Below, one piece after another: positions 25,831-39,413 of a stretch of 64,000 bases of DNA; the first letter of the stretch is position 1, and each line of letters opens with the position of its first letter. Both the position numbers and the translations under genes were made by a program. The notes beneath the pieces are model-generated. The model saw only the letters and a list, made by a program, of their open reading frames with translations, had not been told where the DNA came from and made no database searches. The stretch covers positions 108,936,001-109,000,000 of the forward strand of contig CM052817.1 of the NCBI GenBank assembly GCA_028534125.1, in the 5' to 3' direction. The stretch comes from Lama glama. Lineage: Eukaryota.

Positions 25831-27429
25831 GGTGTCCTCTCCTGAAGGTGGCTCCTGTGATGGTCTGGGGAAAGGGAGTGAGGAGGTTCTGGCCAGCTTA
25901 GCACTTGGTCTTAAGCTAAAGTATTCCTGATAATCACGCATGGCTCAACTGACCAGCTAGGATTTGGGGGAAATGCCCTTAAGTGGTGGTCCAAAGCATC
26001 TTTTCCTCGAGTCTCTCCACACACAGACCCTTAGAAACCTATTCAGTAGGGAAACCTAATAGTGTTTGATTGATCAGAGTACAATGATCATTTCTTACTT
26101 TTCGAAAGATTAATAGTTACTAAGTTCAAAACTCATTCTCAGCAAAACAACGCAAGTGTTCTCTTTAGATTGCCTGGCTAATAATGATTTTCGTTTCTAC
26201 TGTCAGTTAATGTAATTCCCATTGGATCAAACACCTTGACGCAGGAGAGAGCTATTATATTAGAATGATATGATCATAGATCAGAAATGTTTTGCTCCAG
26301 CCTTGCACACAGACATTCACACCCACGAGTCAGGCGGAAACTTCATGGGTGACGTGCTGTGAGCATTTTGTATATAATGGAAATCTCACTCAGGCACTAA
26401 TTCCGTGTACTTTTCTTTAGAGATTTTTATGGCTAATTACAGTGATTTCATAGGTTATAATAAAACTTGCAACAGATGGATGAATTTGTCCTTTTCAAAA
26501 AGTATAAGGTAAGAAGTTAATAAATCAAATTTATCTGAAGGCATTAACATGTATCACATTTTTAAATAGTGTTTGAGTCAGACTTCCTAATTAGAATAAA
26601 TTTGTGCAACTCTGTGAAATATATTTCTGCATATTAAAGAAAAAAACTGAGCGGCACACACTGAAAAGTCTACTTCAATCTAGAGAGTTAAAAAAACACA
26701 TAAACCCTTTAGTCAAAGGAATCAGAGCAATACTTTCCTTAAACCTTTATCTATTAGATAACTTTGGGGGAAAAAAGTTTGTGTAAGTCAAGTGTTTGTT
26801 TTGTATAAAGAATTACGTTAAGTCTGTGACCTTGCAGTTGCGTCAAGGAGTCGTAATATGCAAACAGTGTGACCACCCGAGAACCGTGAGTGTTTCATTG
26901 GTCTTCCTCGTCTTCCCAAATGTCTTAGTGTTGAAATAGCTTATTGCTCTTTGATGACAAGCAATGCAGAGAAAAAGAAAGAGAAGTTTTGCTGGAATCC
27001 AAATAGAGCAAAACTTAAATATCTAAGCCTATTGTAAATACTGGATTATGAAAACATTATACCTGGGGACAGGATAATAACCAATTGTCAGAAAGGTCAA
27101 GGAGTGACAGAGGGGCACATCGTTAACTCTGTCTCTTGTGAAAGGGACACTTGCTGTAGAAACGCATTTGAGGCTGTCCATTAAAAATCCAATATACATA
27201 CCAAAGCTAGCAATTAGGGAACTGTGGAATAAAGCTAATAACTGCAGAATAATTATTACTAATGTAGACATTTTTCTTCATTCTTCATTTTCCAAAATAC
27301 ACAGCCATGCTATTATATCGAAAATGTGATTTAATTTATGAACAGTAATTCAACTTACAAAAGGCCTCCCTGCGTGATCTCCAGCATTGAGGTGTTACTT
27401 TATGGACTGTGTCTGTAAAAATGGAAATG

Positions 27430-27810
27430 ACTGTTACATGCAACCACCATGCAACCCAGCAATCCCACCCTTGGTCATTTATCAAGAGAAATGAAGACTT
27501 ACATTTTGTGCACAAAACCTTGACACAGATGTTCACAGCAGCTTGATTCATAAGAGCCCAAAACTGGGAACAAACATCTTCAGTGGGAGAACGGTTGATA
27601 AAACACTATGGCATGTCAATACCATGGAATACTACTTAGCAATCAAAAAGGAAAAATCTGCTGACATACACATCAATCTCAATAAATCTTCAGAGAAATA
27701 TGCTGAATGAATACAGCCAGTACCAAAAGGTTACACGTATGATTACATTAATATAATAGTCTGGAAATGACAAAATTATAGAAACGGAGAGCAAATTGGT
27801 GGTTGAAAGA
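27430..27810 (+). mobile_element. Old L1 ORF2 end / 3'UTR
   Basis: acccagcaatcccacccttgg...atgttcacagcagcttgattcataa...atggaatactacttagcaat. Confidence 0.85.
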
Positions 27811-27817
27811 AGGAAAT

Positions 27818-27907
27818 GGGGGGAGGACATAGCTCAGTGATAAAGCCCATGCCTAGCATGCAGGAGGTCCTGGGTTCAGTCCCAAGTACTTCTATTAAAA
27901 AAAAAAA
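27818..27907 (+). mobile_element. tRNA(Ala)-derived short SINE (Vic-1-like, camelid type)
   Basis: ggggggaggacatagctcagtgataaagcccatgcctagcatgcaggaggtcctgggttcagtcccaagtacttctattaaaaaaaaaaa: Pol III A/B boxes and an A tail, without an acceptor stem. Confidence 0.8.
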
Positions 27908-30229
27908 TTTTTTTTAATAAATACAATGTGTGTCTGGTAACTCTCACTTCAAGCCACTGTATATGTATCTCTTTATAATTTGCAGGAATATAAGACCCAC
28001 TGGGATAAGGACCCTGCTTTTCTTAGTCCTCACTTCCACGCCTGGGAAACAACAGTTGCTGATGGGTACGGTGGAAACAGTGATGGCATTTCACCGAACA
28101 TCACACGCACCTTTGAAGTAGGCACTACTGTCCCCATTTCACAGTGGTGACAATTAGATGACCAGGATTTAATAACGCCCAAGTTGCCCAACCAGGACCA
28201 GCCCGAGTCCAAAACTCATACTCGTTACACTACATTTGGCTTTCTCAGGACGGAAAAAAGCACAGGAAGACCACCAGGTAAATGACTGCGGTGCATTGTG
28301 GTGTAGGATGCCCCGCTTCACTGCCGGCGGCGCTGGTTGCTATGGTTTCTTTTATCAGCACCACCAATGGCAGGCAAGCTATCAACCTCCTACACTTAAA
28401 ATAGGAAACGTTTTCAAATAAGTTAGAGCAAGGTGGGTGGTCTACTGATACTTTCAGTTACATTTCTCCACTGCTCTGTTTTGACAGGCAAAATAGAGAG
28501 TAAGAACAAGATTCTCCCCGGAAGTGCATAAACCACGCTAGCAAATGCCAAGTTTTATCAACCCCAGCTCGCGACACCACACGGAGGGAATAGTAATGAC
28601 TTTGTCTTTAGGTTTAGCTTATGCAAGACATTCAACACAGCGCAATTGCTTTCTACCTTTTGGAAAAAAAATAAAAATAGGCACTACCAAGGCATTTATC
28701 ATTTTTTTATTATTTTCTTCATTCAAGATAAGACCTTTACCCAGTGGTTCAGAACCTTCTAATCAAACAACAGAATATAAAAGATTGTAAAATGGCAAGG
28801 TAGGTGAGGGAAGAAAATACATTCTGTATTCTTAGAAACTTGGTTTCTTCATCTAAACACAAAACGATAGTTTGACATCATGGTACGCAAGATGTAGAAG
28901 AAAATAAAAAAATCACGAGCTTTAACTTTGTCATTTTGCAACTGTGGGAAGTTCAAGCCCCAAGAGTTTCTGGGATCTGCATTATAGAGCAAGTTAGTGG
29001 CAGACTGGAAACAAAACAGAAGACTCTTTGCTTCCCAATCTATTGCTTTTCCACCAAAACATCCTGCTTTTTATCTTTCAGTAATGCTCCAAATATTTAC
29101 TTTTAGTAAATCCTTTTTAAGGAGCTAGAACATATTCGTTCCTTCAAAACACTACCCATGTGTAATGGAAAGCATAGAAATTAACTCTTTTCATTGAAAG
29201 CAGCGAAAAAGACACCAACAGAAATAAGACCGAAGTCACAGCAACTGCAAGGTAAATACCTACATTTGATACATTTTATAAATTTAGGCAGCTGGCTTCT
29301 AGAGTTGATACATTGTGAACAGGTGATTTCTTTGTTGGTGGAAAATCTCTCACACCTGTGCTTGAGTGGCTTCTTTCTTGCTCACAGACAGACACAGACA
29401 CACACACAGACACACAGATGCACACCAGGCACATGTGACAAGAGAAATGCAACGCAGGGTTAGTATTAATCTTTAACGACAGACGGGACACAGAGGCCTT
29501 TGGTCATTACCTGCCTACACATGACAGACTGGTGCTTAGTGTAGTTCAGGAAAATAAAGCAAATCAAAGTAAAACATTTTGAATTAGTGGTTTAACTATG
29601 TGATTAATGATGCCTTTATAAAGAAAATGCCTCTACCAGCAAATGAAAAACTCCTTATTTCCCAAAGCGAGTTTCTTCCACTTAATGACTCCTTCTAACA
29701 GGCAGATAAATTGAGCAACAAAGTCTGAAACCATTAGCCCGAACATTTTCACAGGGGATAAAATTGAGTTTTGTGTTGCAGGCTGTTGATCAAGTAATCT
29801 GAAAGTGATGAAACAAACCCCGCCATGTGAAGGCTCTTGGGGAAAAAGGCACGCGGCTAGCTTTTAAACAAGGACACAGCAGAGCTGAACTTTATTTGCA
29901 TCACAGAACGATCCGTCCTAAAATCAAACGCACTTACAAAAAGTTTAAATTAGCCCTTGAAAACACAGTTCTGGTGGTGTTTATGCTATATTTATTTATT
30001 TAGGAGCAACTTCCGCCCTGTTTCAAAGAGCCAGAAAATGAAATTTGTCCTAAGAAAGAGGTCAAATAGGTCTTTAAATATCTGGTTAAAAATGCTGACA
30101 GCACACAGCTTCCAAGGCAGGGTGCTCTGAAATGTCAGTGAAACAGAGACTTCATCTCTGTGGGGTACAGGAACCAGAGCCTTGGCTTCAAGGGTCAGCT
30201 GGAATTTCACAGAGGGACGTTGCTGAATG

Positions 30230-30350
30230 TAGCCTGAACCTCACTGAGCCTCAGTGGACGCATCTGTAAAGTGGACATAAGGATATGACCTGTTTCCAAG
30301 GGTCGCCGTGATGTGTGAGGCGATGTATGTAAAGCACTGTGCACACGTAT
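30230..30350 (+). mobile_element. MIR fragment
   Basis: acctcactgagcctcagt..catctgtaaagtgg...tgtaaagcact resembles the MIR core. Confidence 0.65.
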
Positions 30351-31799
30351 TAGTTGAAGATGTTTTCTATGAACCGTAATTATCGTTAGACTCTATGCCA
30401 GTGAAACGTGGTTAAGACCCCCACCAAGTACTCGGGCTTCTCAAGGGGGAACGGGGCCCCAGAGCAAACATGGTACTTCAGCTTCTTTGAAAACTTAACT
30501 GATTTCCCCTCTGCTGTTCATACAAGTGAGTTCTCAAAATAAAACAGGACCATTGGCATCAGAGTTTTCCTAAGAGGCTCCTATACCATCCGTGAGAATA
30601 AAACCGGGCGGAGGCTAATTTAGCATGCCTTAATTTCACTTTGGGGGAGATTATTTAGGGTGGGAGGGTATTTACAGGGTGAACTTTAATAAACCAGCAC
30701 ACTTTTCATTGGAACTAGTTTTTCTCAGTCTGAAAAAGTGTGGAAAGTGCTGGCTCCCTCTCTTCCCATCTACTGAAATAGCACTTCTCCTTCAAGGTAT
30801 AAAATATTTTTTTTCCAGAAAAGACTTAGATTAATCCTCAGATCAGATTAGATCATTTTTTTCCCTCTGATGCAACGGTGAGATCCTGGTGCCTCGGTCG
30901 GCCCTCCTCCCCTTCTGCTCCTATGACATTGTCTCGCAGGAGACAATGCGCTCCAATCTGTGACCTGGATGACTTCCTAGCGTCTCAAACCCCTGAGAGG
31001 GTTTCCAAGGTGGGGACTGGCCTTTCCCTCCTTCTCTCGTCCTTCCCTGAATCACGGTCTCTGCAGCTCATGCTCCCACCCACCCCTCCCACCTGGCCCA
31101 GCAGATGTCTGGGAGGCTCTCTTCCTGTCTCTTCACATGCCTCCTCTCCTCCTTCTGGCTTCAGCTCAAAAGCTGGTCCTTGAGAGAGGCTTTCTCTGAA
31201 CAAACCTTCAAAGTGTCCAAGCCACCAGCCTCTCCCACCTGGACCACCATGACAGCCCTGCAACTGGTACCCAGGTGCCATTCCTGACTTGCATCCTCAC
31301 TGGTTTAGCAGCCAGAGTGGTCATTTAAAAAATAAGTCAAAAGAAGTTGGAGGCAATTTTATAGTCTTTGAAGATCCCTAATTCTCCCCCTGCAAAAATA
31401 CAAAAAAAAAAAAAAAGGAAAGTGAATGACCAAATGACTGAATCCTTCAGACAGGTTACATCCAGGCAAAATGAGTAACAGCAAGGTTTCTCCCAGGACC
31501 TCCGTATGCAGGTGGACGGGCTGAGCCAGCAAGACCGCAAAGATCTGGCCGGGTGTGAGCAACCACGGGGAAGGAAGCAGGAAAGGCAAGCGCACCTCGA
31601 ACAGTTCTAAGACGCGAGCCCACCCACAAGTAGCAATCCTCAGACTGAGGGCTCTCCACCTGGTACAGAAAGTTCAGGGAGCTAATCTGAAAACTGCAGC
31701 CCAGTCTGCAATTCGGCTTGACTCCTGGGGAAGCGCAGGGGAAACGCACGGTGTGAGAGCAGCTGGGGGCCTAGGAACGAGCCAACCTGAGCAGGGCGC

Positions 31800-32140
31800 T
31801 CCAAGGAGAAACATGCACGTAAAAAAGTGAGAACAAGACAATAATGAGACCAAAAGAGGGAGAAGAGAGGAACTGATAAATTAAAACCGGTAATCAATGA
31901 GTTTGGAAGCAAATAAATAGAACAGACACACAGTCTAAAATCGAGGTCTTGGAAGAAAACAGAATCAACAAGCCGCTGAGCAACCTAATCAAGCAAAGAG
32001 GAGCAAACCACAAGCACTTAAAATAAAAATGGTGAGAAAACCTTAAAATTAAGAAAATGCATAAAATTATAAGATACTACTTTTATTTGAGTGACCAAGT
32101 GGATTGAAAAAATGCAATGTATGATTATCTAGAAAACAGA
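31800..32140 (+). mobile_element. Very old L1 ORF2 fragment
   Basis: A-rich degraded ORF2 linker text (aatcaacaagccgctgagcaacctaatcaag; aaattataagatactact). Confidence 0.55.
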
Positions 32141-32885
32141 TTTAGTACATTTACAATCTGCAGCGCATTGCGGTGAACACCATTATGCATTTTATTCCGT
32201 TCCACACATGCACACGCCCACACCCACGTTTCATATGGTAGTGTCACCCTCGGGGTGGAAGCTGGACTGCTCACACTTCTGTAATGTAGTCGTCATCAGG
32301 TGGAGAAACTATGAAATATTTTTTGTAGTTGTACATGACGGTTTTCATCCTACAATGAGGAGAAAATCTATTTTCTGTTGGGACCTTCAGCATAAAGGGC
32401 CCCCAATGCTTTTAGTTCCTCTTCTCATTACCACATGATAAAAATAGCTCTCAGATTCTGCAGAGAAAATGCAGCCACAAAAGGGAACACAGATACCGAG
32501 AAGTGTGCTCAGGACGCAGATGAGAAAGCTGTCACCGCCCCGAACCACCGCCTGTGTTTTATAAACAAAAGAGAGTAAAGCACATTGTTCCTCAGCAATC
32601 CAGAGGTAAAGACTCAGAGAACATCACTGGATCTCAAATGCTATGATGGGTTTATAGGAGTCCTGGAATGAAAGATGACCTGATTGGTGCGAGTCGCGGG
32701 ACACACAGCGGAAGATGCACGCGGATCCCTGGGGAAAAAAATGGCTGAGGCTCAGAACCAGGTCCCCGAGGAGGGGCTGATGTCAGAGCTCCCTGTGCGT
32801 GTCTTTGCTGATTCACTGTGTTAGGACACGTGCGTCAGTTTCATGCCAGAGGGCATATAGCTTGGTCACACTCCTAGGCTGAACA

Positions 32886-33085
32886 CTTTCTTTTTCAATT
32901 GAAGTATAGTCAGTTTACCACGTTGCATCAATTTCTGGTGTACAGCATAATGCCATAGTCATGCGTGTACATATATATATTCCTTTTCGTGTTCTTTTTC
33001 CTTCTAGGTTACTACAAGGTACCGAATACAGTTCCCCAGACTCCACAGAAGGCCTTGTTGCTTACTTTATGTACAGTCGTGTGTA
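32886..33085 (-). mobile_element. 5'-truncated L1 3' end (cetartiodactyl type)
   Basis: attgaagtatagtcagtttac...atttctggtgtacagcat...tacaaggtaccgaatacagttccc. Confidence 0.85.
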
Positions 33086-33289
33086 CCAGTGACCTTGACT
33101 CCCAGCTTCTGGGAAGCCCAAACTAAGACTGGCTTCTTAGTGGTTTTATGAAATAGCTTAAGGCCAGCCGAATGGATCCTGGAATCAGATCACACTGCTG
33201 GGATCCAGGTACCAAATTCTCCACACATTTACTGCAGGATTTTGAGCAAATTAGCTAAAATAGCAAATGAAGGCTTTGTTTCCCACCCA

Positions 33290-34060
33290 GAGTCAGCCCA
33301 ACTTGGGGCTAAAGACACAGCCCTCCTGACGGTCGAATCTGCCCAAGTCTGCAGTGAGGGCACCAAACAGCAAAGTCTGAGGGAACAGTCTGCACGGAAC
33401 AGCCCTCTCTTCACACACCCGCTGGGAGGTTGAGGGTCCCCAGGACCCCTCCCATTCTGGATGAGGTGACCGTCAATTTGGGGGTTCTCCCAGCCACCTT
33501 CTGGAATGATAATTTGTTAGAAAACTCACAGAACTCAGAAAAGTCATATACACTTAGCATTCACATTCCTACTATTATATACCATTGCTGTTGGAGTTTT
33601 ACTGTGGCCAAAGGACACAAATGACAAACCAAAGTAAGAGATGTGCTGAGTGGGAATCTGGGGGTAACAATTATGAGGCTCCCTTGTCCGCAGGGCTGTG
33701 CACAGAGCATCTCCAGTCCAAGACCCTCACCAGAGCTCAGTATGCAGTTTTACTGGGGTTTCACGATGTGGGCGTGGCTGATTAAATTCAGTCTCCAGTT
33801 CCCCTCTTCCAGGAGGGTGAGCCCAAAGCCCTAGCCCTCTAGTCACCTGGTCGGTCTTCCTCATTAGCATAATGAACCACCTCATTAGAATAATGAGAGT
33901 CACCTCATTAGCATAACGGTCCAGCGTGGTCTCCAAGACCCACCACGAGTCAGGAGAGGACCCTGGTCCCCCAGGAAATTTCAGGGCTTTGGGGATTACT
34001 TCCACGTCACTGGGGTCACCAGACTTCTCTTTGGACTGAAGCCAAAGTTTTTATTACACA
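33290..34060 (-). mobile_element. MER21-like LTR
   Basis: gggggttctcccagccacc..gataatttgttagaaaactcacagaactcagaaaag and caggaaatttcagggcttt match recalled MER21. Left boundary approximate. Confidence 0.7.
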
Positions 34061-36121
34061 TTTCCCAGTTTACACAGTGAGCTTAATCACAGTATGGTAT
34101 GTTGGATTTGGCAAGGATTGGATGAGTTTTAAATTACTTGTAAATTACTTGTACAGTTCATGGTAAAGCCTGAAAAATTTTTTTAAATTATTATTATGAT
34201 TACGTTTTCTTTTTCTGCCAGTCCTCATTCATTTACCCCTTTGACAACAACAAACTTTTACAGTTCAATTTTCAGAAGACCAGCGCTAGAAGTGCAAGTA
34301 TCTGTAACTAGAGCTGTTGAAGCAATCCAGGGTCCACTTTGAAGACTTGACACAAATTAGGTATAAAAAGAAACTGTGAGATAGTAATTTATGATACTGA
34401 GTGAGCCTGTTATGTGCAGATCACCTTCCGAGATGAAACTTATAAAAACATGGGGAATATTTCAGAAAGTGATGACTAAGTTAAATACAGATAACATGAA
34501 TTTTTTCTACTTTAATTTTTTCGAGATATGGAACAAAATCAGTTTTTTTGTTTGTTTGTTTATATTGCACTAAAACATGAAAATAATGATCAGTATGTCC
34601 AGCTATTACCAGTCACAAAATTCATTTAGACCATGTCTGAGAAAAAATAGCTACTTACTAATGTGCCCATTTAGCAGGCAGGCAATATCTGTGCCTTGGG
34701 AAAATAAACGAAGCATGAAAGAAACATATGGAAGCTCTTACTTTCACAGATGAAACCAGTCCAACAAATTCTCATTAACCTCTGCACGGACATGCTCTGT
34801 GAAACCAATTTTGTCTTGCAGGGATTACATGTTTAATATTCTGTCTACAATTTTAATTTGCTGTCTATCTTTTCTCCACAGACCTCGGTATTAAAATTAA
34901 AAAACTATGCATCACAATTCTCAGTTTAATCTTTAACTCTGCCTGGCTGTTGCTCACCTTCGGCTGAAGTGTAGAGTGTTGTATATAGTGAATGAATGTA
35001 AAAAGTGGTTTTTAATTTCCGTTTGTTTTGCATGTAATTGGTATGTCTAATAATGTTCCCATTGCTTTTAAATAATGGATGTTACATTCATTGGGTCGCA
35101 TAATAGAAAATAAGTTAAAATACTATTTTTATCTTATGACTGCCCATTCCCTGAATACAATAAAACCGTTCATCTTAGAGACAATCGTTTCAGTACCAAC
35201 CCACACTGTAGCCAGACTCTGACTCAGGGATCATACAGACACGTGAATTTGCAAAGTCCTCTTTCTTGTATTTTCAGGTATGTATGTATTTAACAGTTTT
35301 CCATCTAGATGTTAGTCCAATTTTTGTCTCTGGGTTGAAAAATCTTGTAATATGGAAGTGAATAGAAGCCTGCCTTGCTTTTTAGTATTTCCAAGCCTTG
35401 CTTTGCATTCTCATCAGTGAGGACGTTGGATGTGAAGAGTGGCATGAACTCACGTGCTAGCAAAAATCCAAGATGACTGGATATTTGTCAGTTTCTCTTG
35501 TAAGTTTCTGCCAAAGTCAATTTTATATATTTTAAGACTTGGAGACCCTTAGCAATTTTAATTTCTACACTAAGCTCTACGAAACTTCAAATGATAAACG
35601 GACCATGGGAAATTAAACTCTGATTTTCACTTGATAGTTATCAAGTATTTCAACTTCATCTTCATTGTTGATTCAGTGAGATATTGTTGTATACACTCAG
35701 TCTGTGGAAATGCACCCCCACATTTGCTTCTTTGTTTCCCCACTGCGTTCTGCATGTCAGACATCTCAGCTAGAATGACTTCTAGGGTAGTGGGAGGCTG
35801 GGGTATACTCTGTACTTAAGGTCTGCTGGCAGCAAATGTCTTAGTTTGGTTTACATAAAAGTGCCATTATTTGGCTCTCATGTCTAAAATATAGCCTTGC
35901 TGATTACACCGTTCTATGTTTACCGTTATTTTCTTTCAGCAAGTTGAAGTAGTGTTCCGTGGCCTTCTGGTTTCCATTCAAAAATCAGCTGATGGTCCAA
36001 CTGTTGGTTCTTGGGTTGTAGTCAGTCAGTTCTCGGTGGCTTCCGTTAAGGACGCCGTGTCTTTGGTGACGTGCCGTCTCCTGCTGTGTGTCTGGGGACC
36101 ATGACCAGGAGGTAGGCTCAT

Positions 36122-36291
36122 CAGGGGTTCTCAAGCTGGGCACCACTGACGTTTGGGTTGGGTAGCTGTCTTGCGGAGCTTGTACGGTGATTAGCGGCAT
36201 GACCACAGCCTTCCTCCAACCAGAAGTGCACCCAGACATTATTGACAAGTACCCCCCCGGGGGTAAAATCATTCCCCACTGAGAGCTGCTC
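36122..36291 (+). mobile_element. MER20-like hAT-Charlie element
   Basis: caggggttctcaa...cactgacgtttggg...ccagacatt...ggggtaaaatcattccccactgagagctgct, with degenerate TIRs. Confidence 0.7.
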
Positions 36292-36699
36292 AGCTAGCTT
36301 AAACTGCACGTTGAAAGACTTAAAGGGTCACACCCGTAGATGAGCACAACAGAAGTTTGTGTCATCCGTGCTGCGTGTCCATTGTGGGCTGAGCGTGGCT
36401 CTGCCCCATGTCTCCATTTGTCTGCATCTAGGCGGAGAGATGAGCCCTGACTTGGGGCATTCCCAGCAACATGGCAGGAAGAGAAGGAAACCCTGACAAA
36501 ACGCATGCTCGCTCTCAGGGCTACAGCCCGGCAGGGACCCGTGGCACTGCCACTTCCGTTTCATTAACTGAAGCAAGCTACATCATCAAGCTCAATAAAT
36601 AACTGGGTGGAAAACACCTTTACCCCGTAAGAAGGAGTGGAAAACGTTTGGGAATGATCACACAGCCTCACACGATACAAATACGCTTTTATTTATTTG

Positions 36700-37750
36700 A
36701 CTTCTTAAGTAACTTCTTAAAGTAACCTTTTATTACCTCTAATATACTCTCAGTACACCTTCCAAAGTCTTCTCTCCTGTTCTTTTCTGGAATCTCAATT
36801 AGTGGCGTGTTAGACTTTCTAAAACCTCTCTGTATCTTAAATTCTCTTTCCATTTTACATAGGCTTTGTCTTTGTACTGCATTCTAAATAATATCATTGA
36901 ATGTGTCTTCCAGTCCACTCACCTTCTCTCCAGCTAGGTTTAAGAACCCATTATTGGTTACCCTTAAATTTTTATGTGCATATTTTTCTTAATAAACATG
37001 TGCGTTAATTAATATGTCTGTATTAATAATAATTAAAATATTTTAATCCATCTTCTGTGGTAAAATTTGCCTGGTGTATTATTTCCTTCTCATCTTTAAA
37101 ATCCTCAATTTTTATTTATCATCATTAAATTATTATTATATTTTCCATATATAGTATATGGAAATTACATATACTATATAATGTTTCATATCTATTTACC
37201 CACATCTTCTTTCTAAATTTTTTTTCACTTAGCCTTTTTCTGGGTCCCATTTCTTTCCTGATAAACTTCGTTTATCATTTCAGCAAAATTCTATGAGTGA
37301 TAAAGATTAACCCTTACGTTAAATATCTTTATTTTACCCTCACTGTGGAAGGATAATTTAGGTTGATGGTTATGTCCTCTCAGTGTTTTCAAGGTCATAT
37401 TTTTTTCCTTCACTCAATTTTGGCCAATGTGAAATTTACTGTCAAATTCCGATTCCTGTGGTTTATTGTTTATAATATGTGATTTATTGTTGCTCATTTT
37501 AAATATTTCTCTTCATCTCTGTGGTTCTGCAGTCTCTATAGTGAATCTCAGTGCCTAGTTGATTATCAGGACTTAAGTTACTTCTACAATCTAAGGAATT
37601 ATTTATTTATCAGTCTGAAAAAGTATCTATCATTCCTTCTAATGTCTCTTCTCTATTCCATTTGTCTCTTCTTCTGGAACTCACTAGATAAACGTTGCTT
37701 CTCTATTAGTCTATCTTTGATATCTCAATATTTTTGTATTTTCAATCCCT
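36700..37750 (-). mobile_element. Very old L1/HAL1 ORF1-region fragments
   Basis: T-rich degraded antisense L1 text (aaatatctttattttaccctca; aggttgatggttatgtcctctcagtg; tctcttcttctggaactc). Confidence 0.5.
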
Positions 37751-38061
37751 GCTTTTTTGTTTTTGTTTTTGTTTTTTTCTGTGATCAACCAACTAGAAGA
37801 GAAAGTGGTTTCTTATATGGTGCACAGGACATTTCAAAAGATGCTATAAACAAGGACAAATAAATGTAGCACAAACTGACCATTAAATACATAGAGACTA
37901 GGAAGACTTTTATATATCACACAAATTATGAAAAATTCCTTTCATGTGCAAGGGACAAAAAAAAATTCAGCGTCTTAGGTAAGAATGTAAAAACAAACAG
38001 TCCTGCACATTAAATGCAAATCACTGTCAGAGTGAAGTAGATTAGTGCTCTTTTGTTTAAA

Positions 38062-38084
38062 ATATATATATATATATATATATA
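38062..38084. repeat. (AT)n microsatellite
   Basis: Directly visible. Confidence 0.95.
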
Positions 38085-39245
38085 TTCCCTGTGGTTTTCC
38101 TTTAGTTTGTTAAGAAAAATCCTAACATTAAAATGGTGAATCATAGCCAGAAGGTTTATAAAAAAAATAGAAATTATCAGTAATACTCCTAAGCTTTGCT
38201 ATTTTGTACCTAGATTTGAGAATTCTCCCCACCCCTTCATTACACACCCTGAAATAAAACGGAAGTTACATATACAGCTTTGCAAAGTCCAGTTCATCCA
38301 CTCTTGCAATAAGTCCCGCAATAATCACCATGATTCCAAACTCAGAGCGAGCAGCCTGCGTCACCCGGTGTCCACCTGACCCTTTGCTTTACAGCGGTGA
38401 CCATTCATTCCTTTCTCCCCTGGACCGGGGCTCCTCGCACGGTCAGTCTCAGCGACACTGCCGTTGGGTGGCTCTCCCACAAACCAATAAAGAAGACGAA
38501 CAAGTTCACATCTTTGACTTGGGACCTGAAAAACAGCAAAAACAAGAAAATTCTCTCTGAACCGAAGGAACTGAAATTATCATTGGTTAGTGCCACGTGC
38601 AGGGGTGGAAACCCCCTTGCACAGGAGGAAGTACGCTTGGGAAATTCAGTTCTGCTGAAGAAAATCAAAGTCAGTATGTTTTATGGGGATAAATAACTCT
38701 GAATGCTGTGGAGGATTTTCTACTTTGTGTGGAATAATCTCCCAACAAAAATATCTAAATGCTCCCTATAAGGAGTATATTACTGCACTTTCCAGATACT
38801 TAATTCTTCTCTTTCTCAGTGTTATCAAAACCAGCAGAAGCATTCGCAGGGAACTTAATGGTGGTCAAGGTCAAGGTCATGAGTTGTTCCCATGCTAAAC
38901 GCACCTGAGTGGGTTTAGAGTAGAATGTCCTTAAAGGAAGAAGAAGGGAAAGAAACACTTCTACAGAATGGGCCATGTTGTTAACGTTTATAGAGTTCAG
39001 AGAGAAATCTCTTCACCTCCCTGTAATGTCAAAACAGACATTTCCAACTAAATGATTATTTTGCTCTCCTTTTGATTGGCAATGGAAAGGGTGACCTTGA
39101 AAGCACATAAATGATCTGTTTCCTCAGAGTTAGACATCCAGATGCCCTTCTTACACTGAGATTGCCTTTATTCCTGCAGACTTTGGGATTATGCAGGTCA
39201 CTGGAGCCCAACAAAGAAAGGATATGAGAAAGCATTACTGAAAAT

Positions 39246-39413
39246 AGATAAACAGCAAGTTTCTACTGTATAGCACAGGGAACTATATTCAATACCTTGT
39301 AATACCCTATAATGGAAAAGAATATGAAAAAGAACATAAATATGTAACTGAATTTCTGTGCTGTACACCTGAAATTAACACAGCATTGTAAATCAACTAT
39401 ACTTCAATTGACA
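39246..39413 (+). mobile_element. 5'-truncated L1 3' end
   Basis: ctgtatagcacagggaactatattcaata...aatcaactatacttcaat; flanked by AGAAAGCATTA(C/T)TGAAAAT at 39227-39245 and 39414-39432. Confidence 0.9.

Noticed and set aside
27818..27907. Possible tRNA-Ala gene
   Set aside because: No proper acceptor stem, degenerate boxes and an A tail; better explained as a SINE.
29600..30100. Repeat-free stretch with an octamer (ATTTGCAT) that might be a conserved enhancer
   Set aside because: Conservation cannot be judged from one sequence, and a single motif is insufficient.
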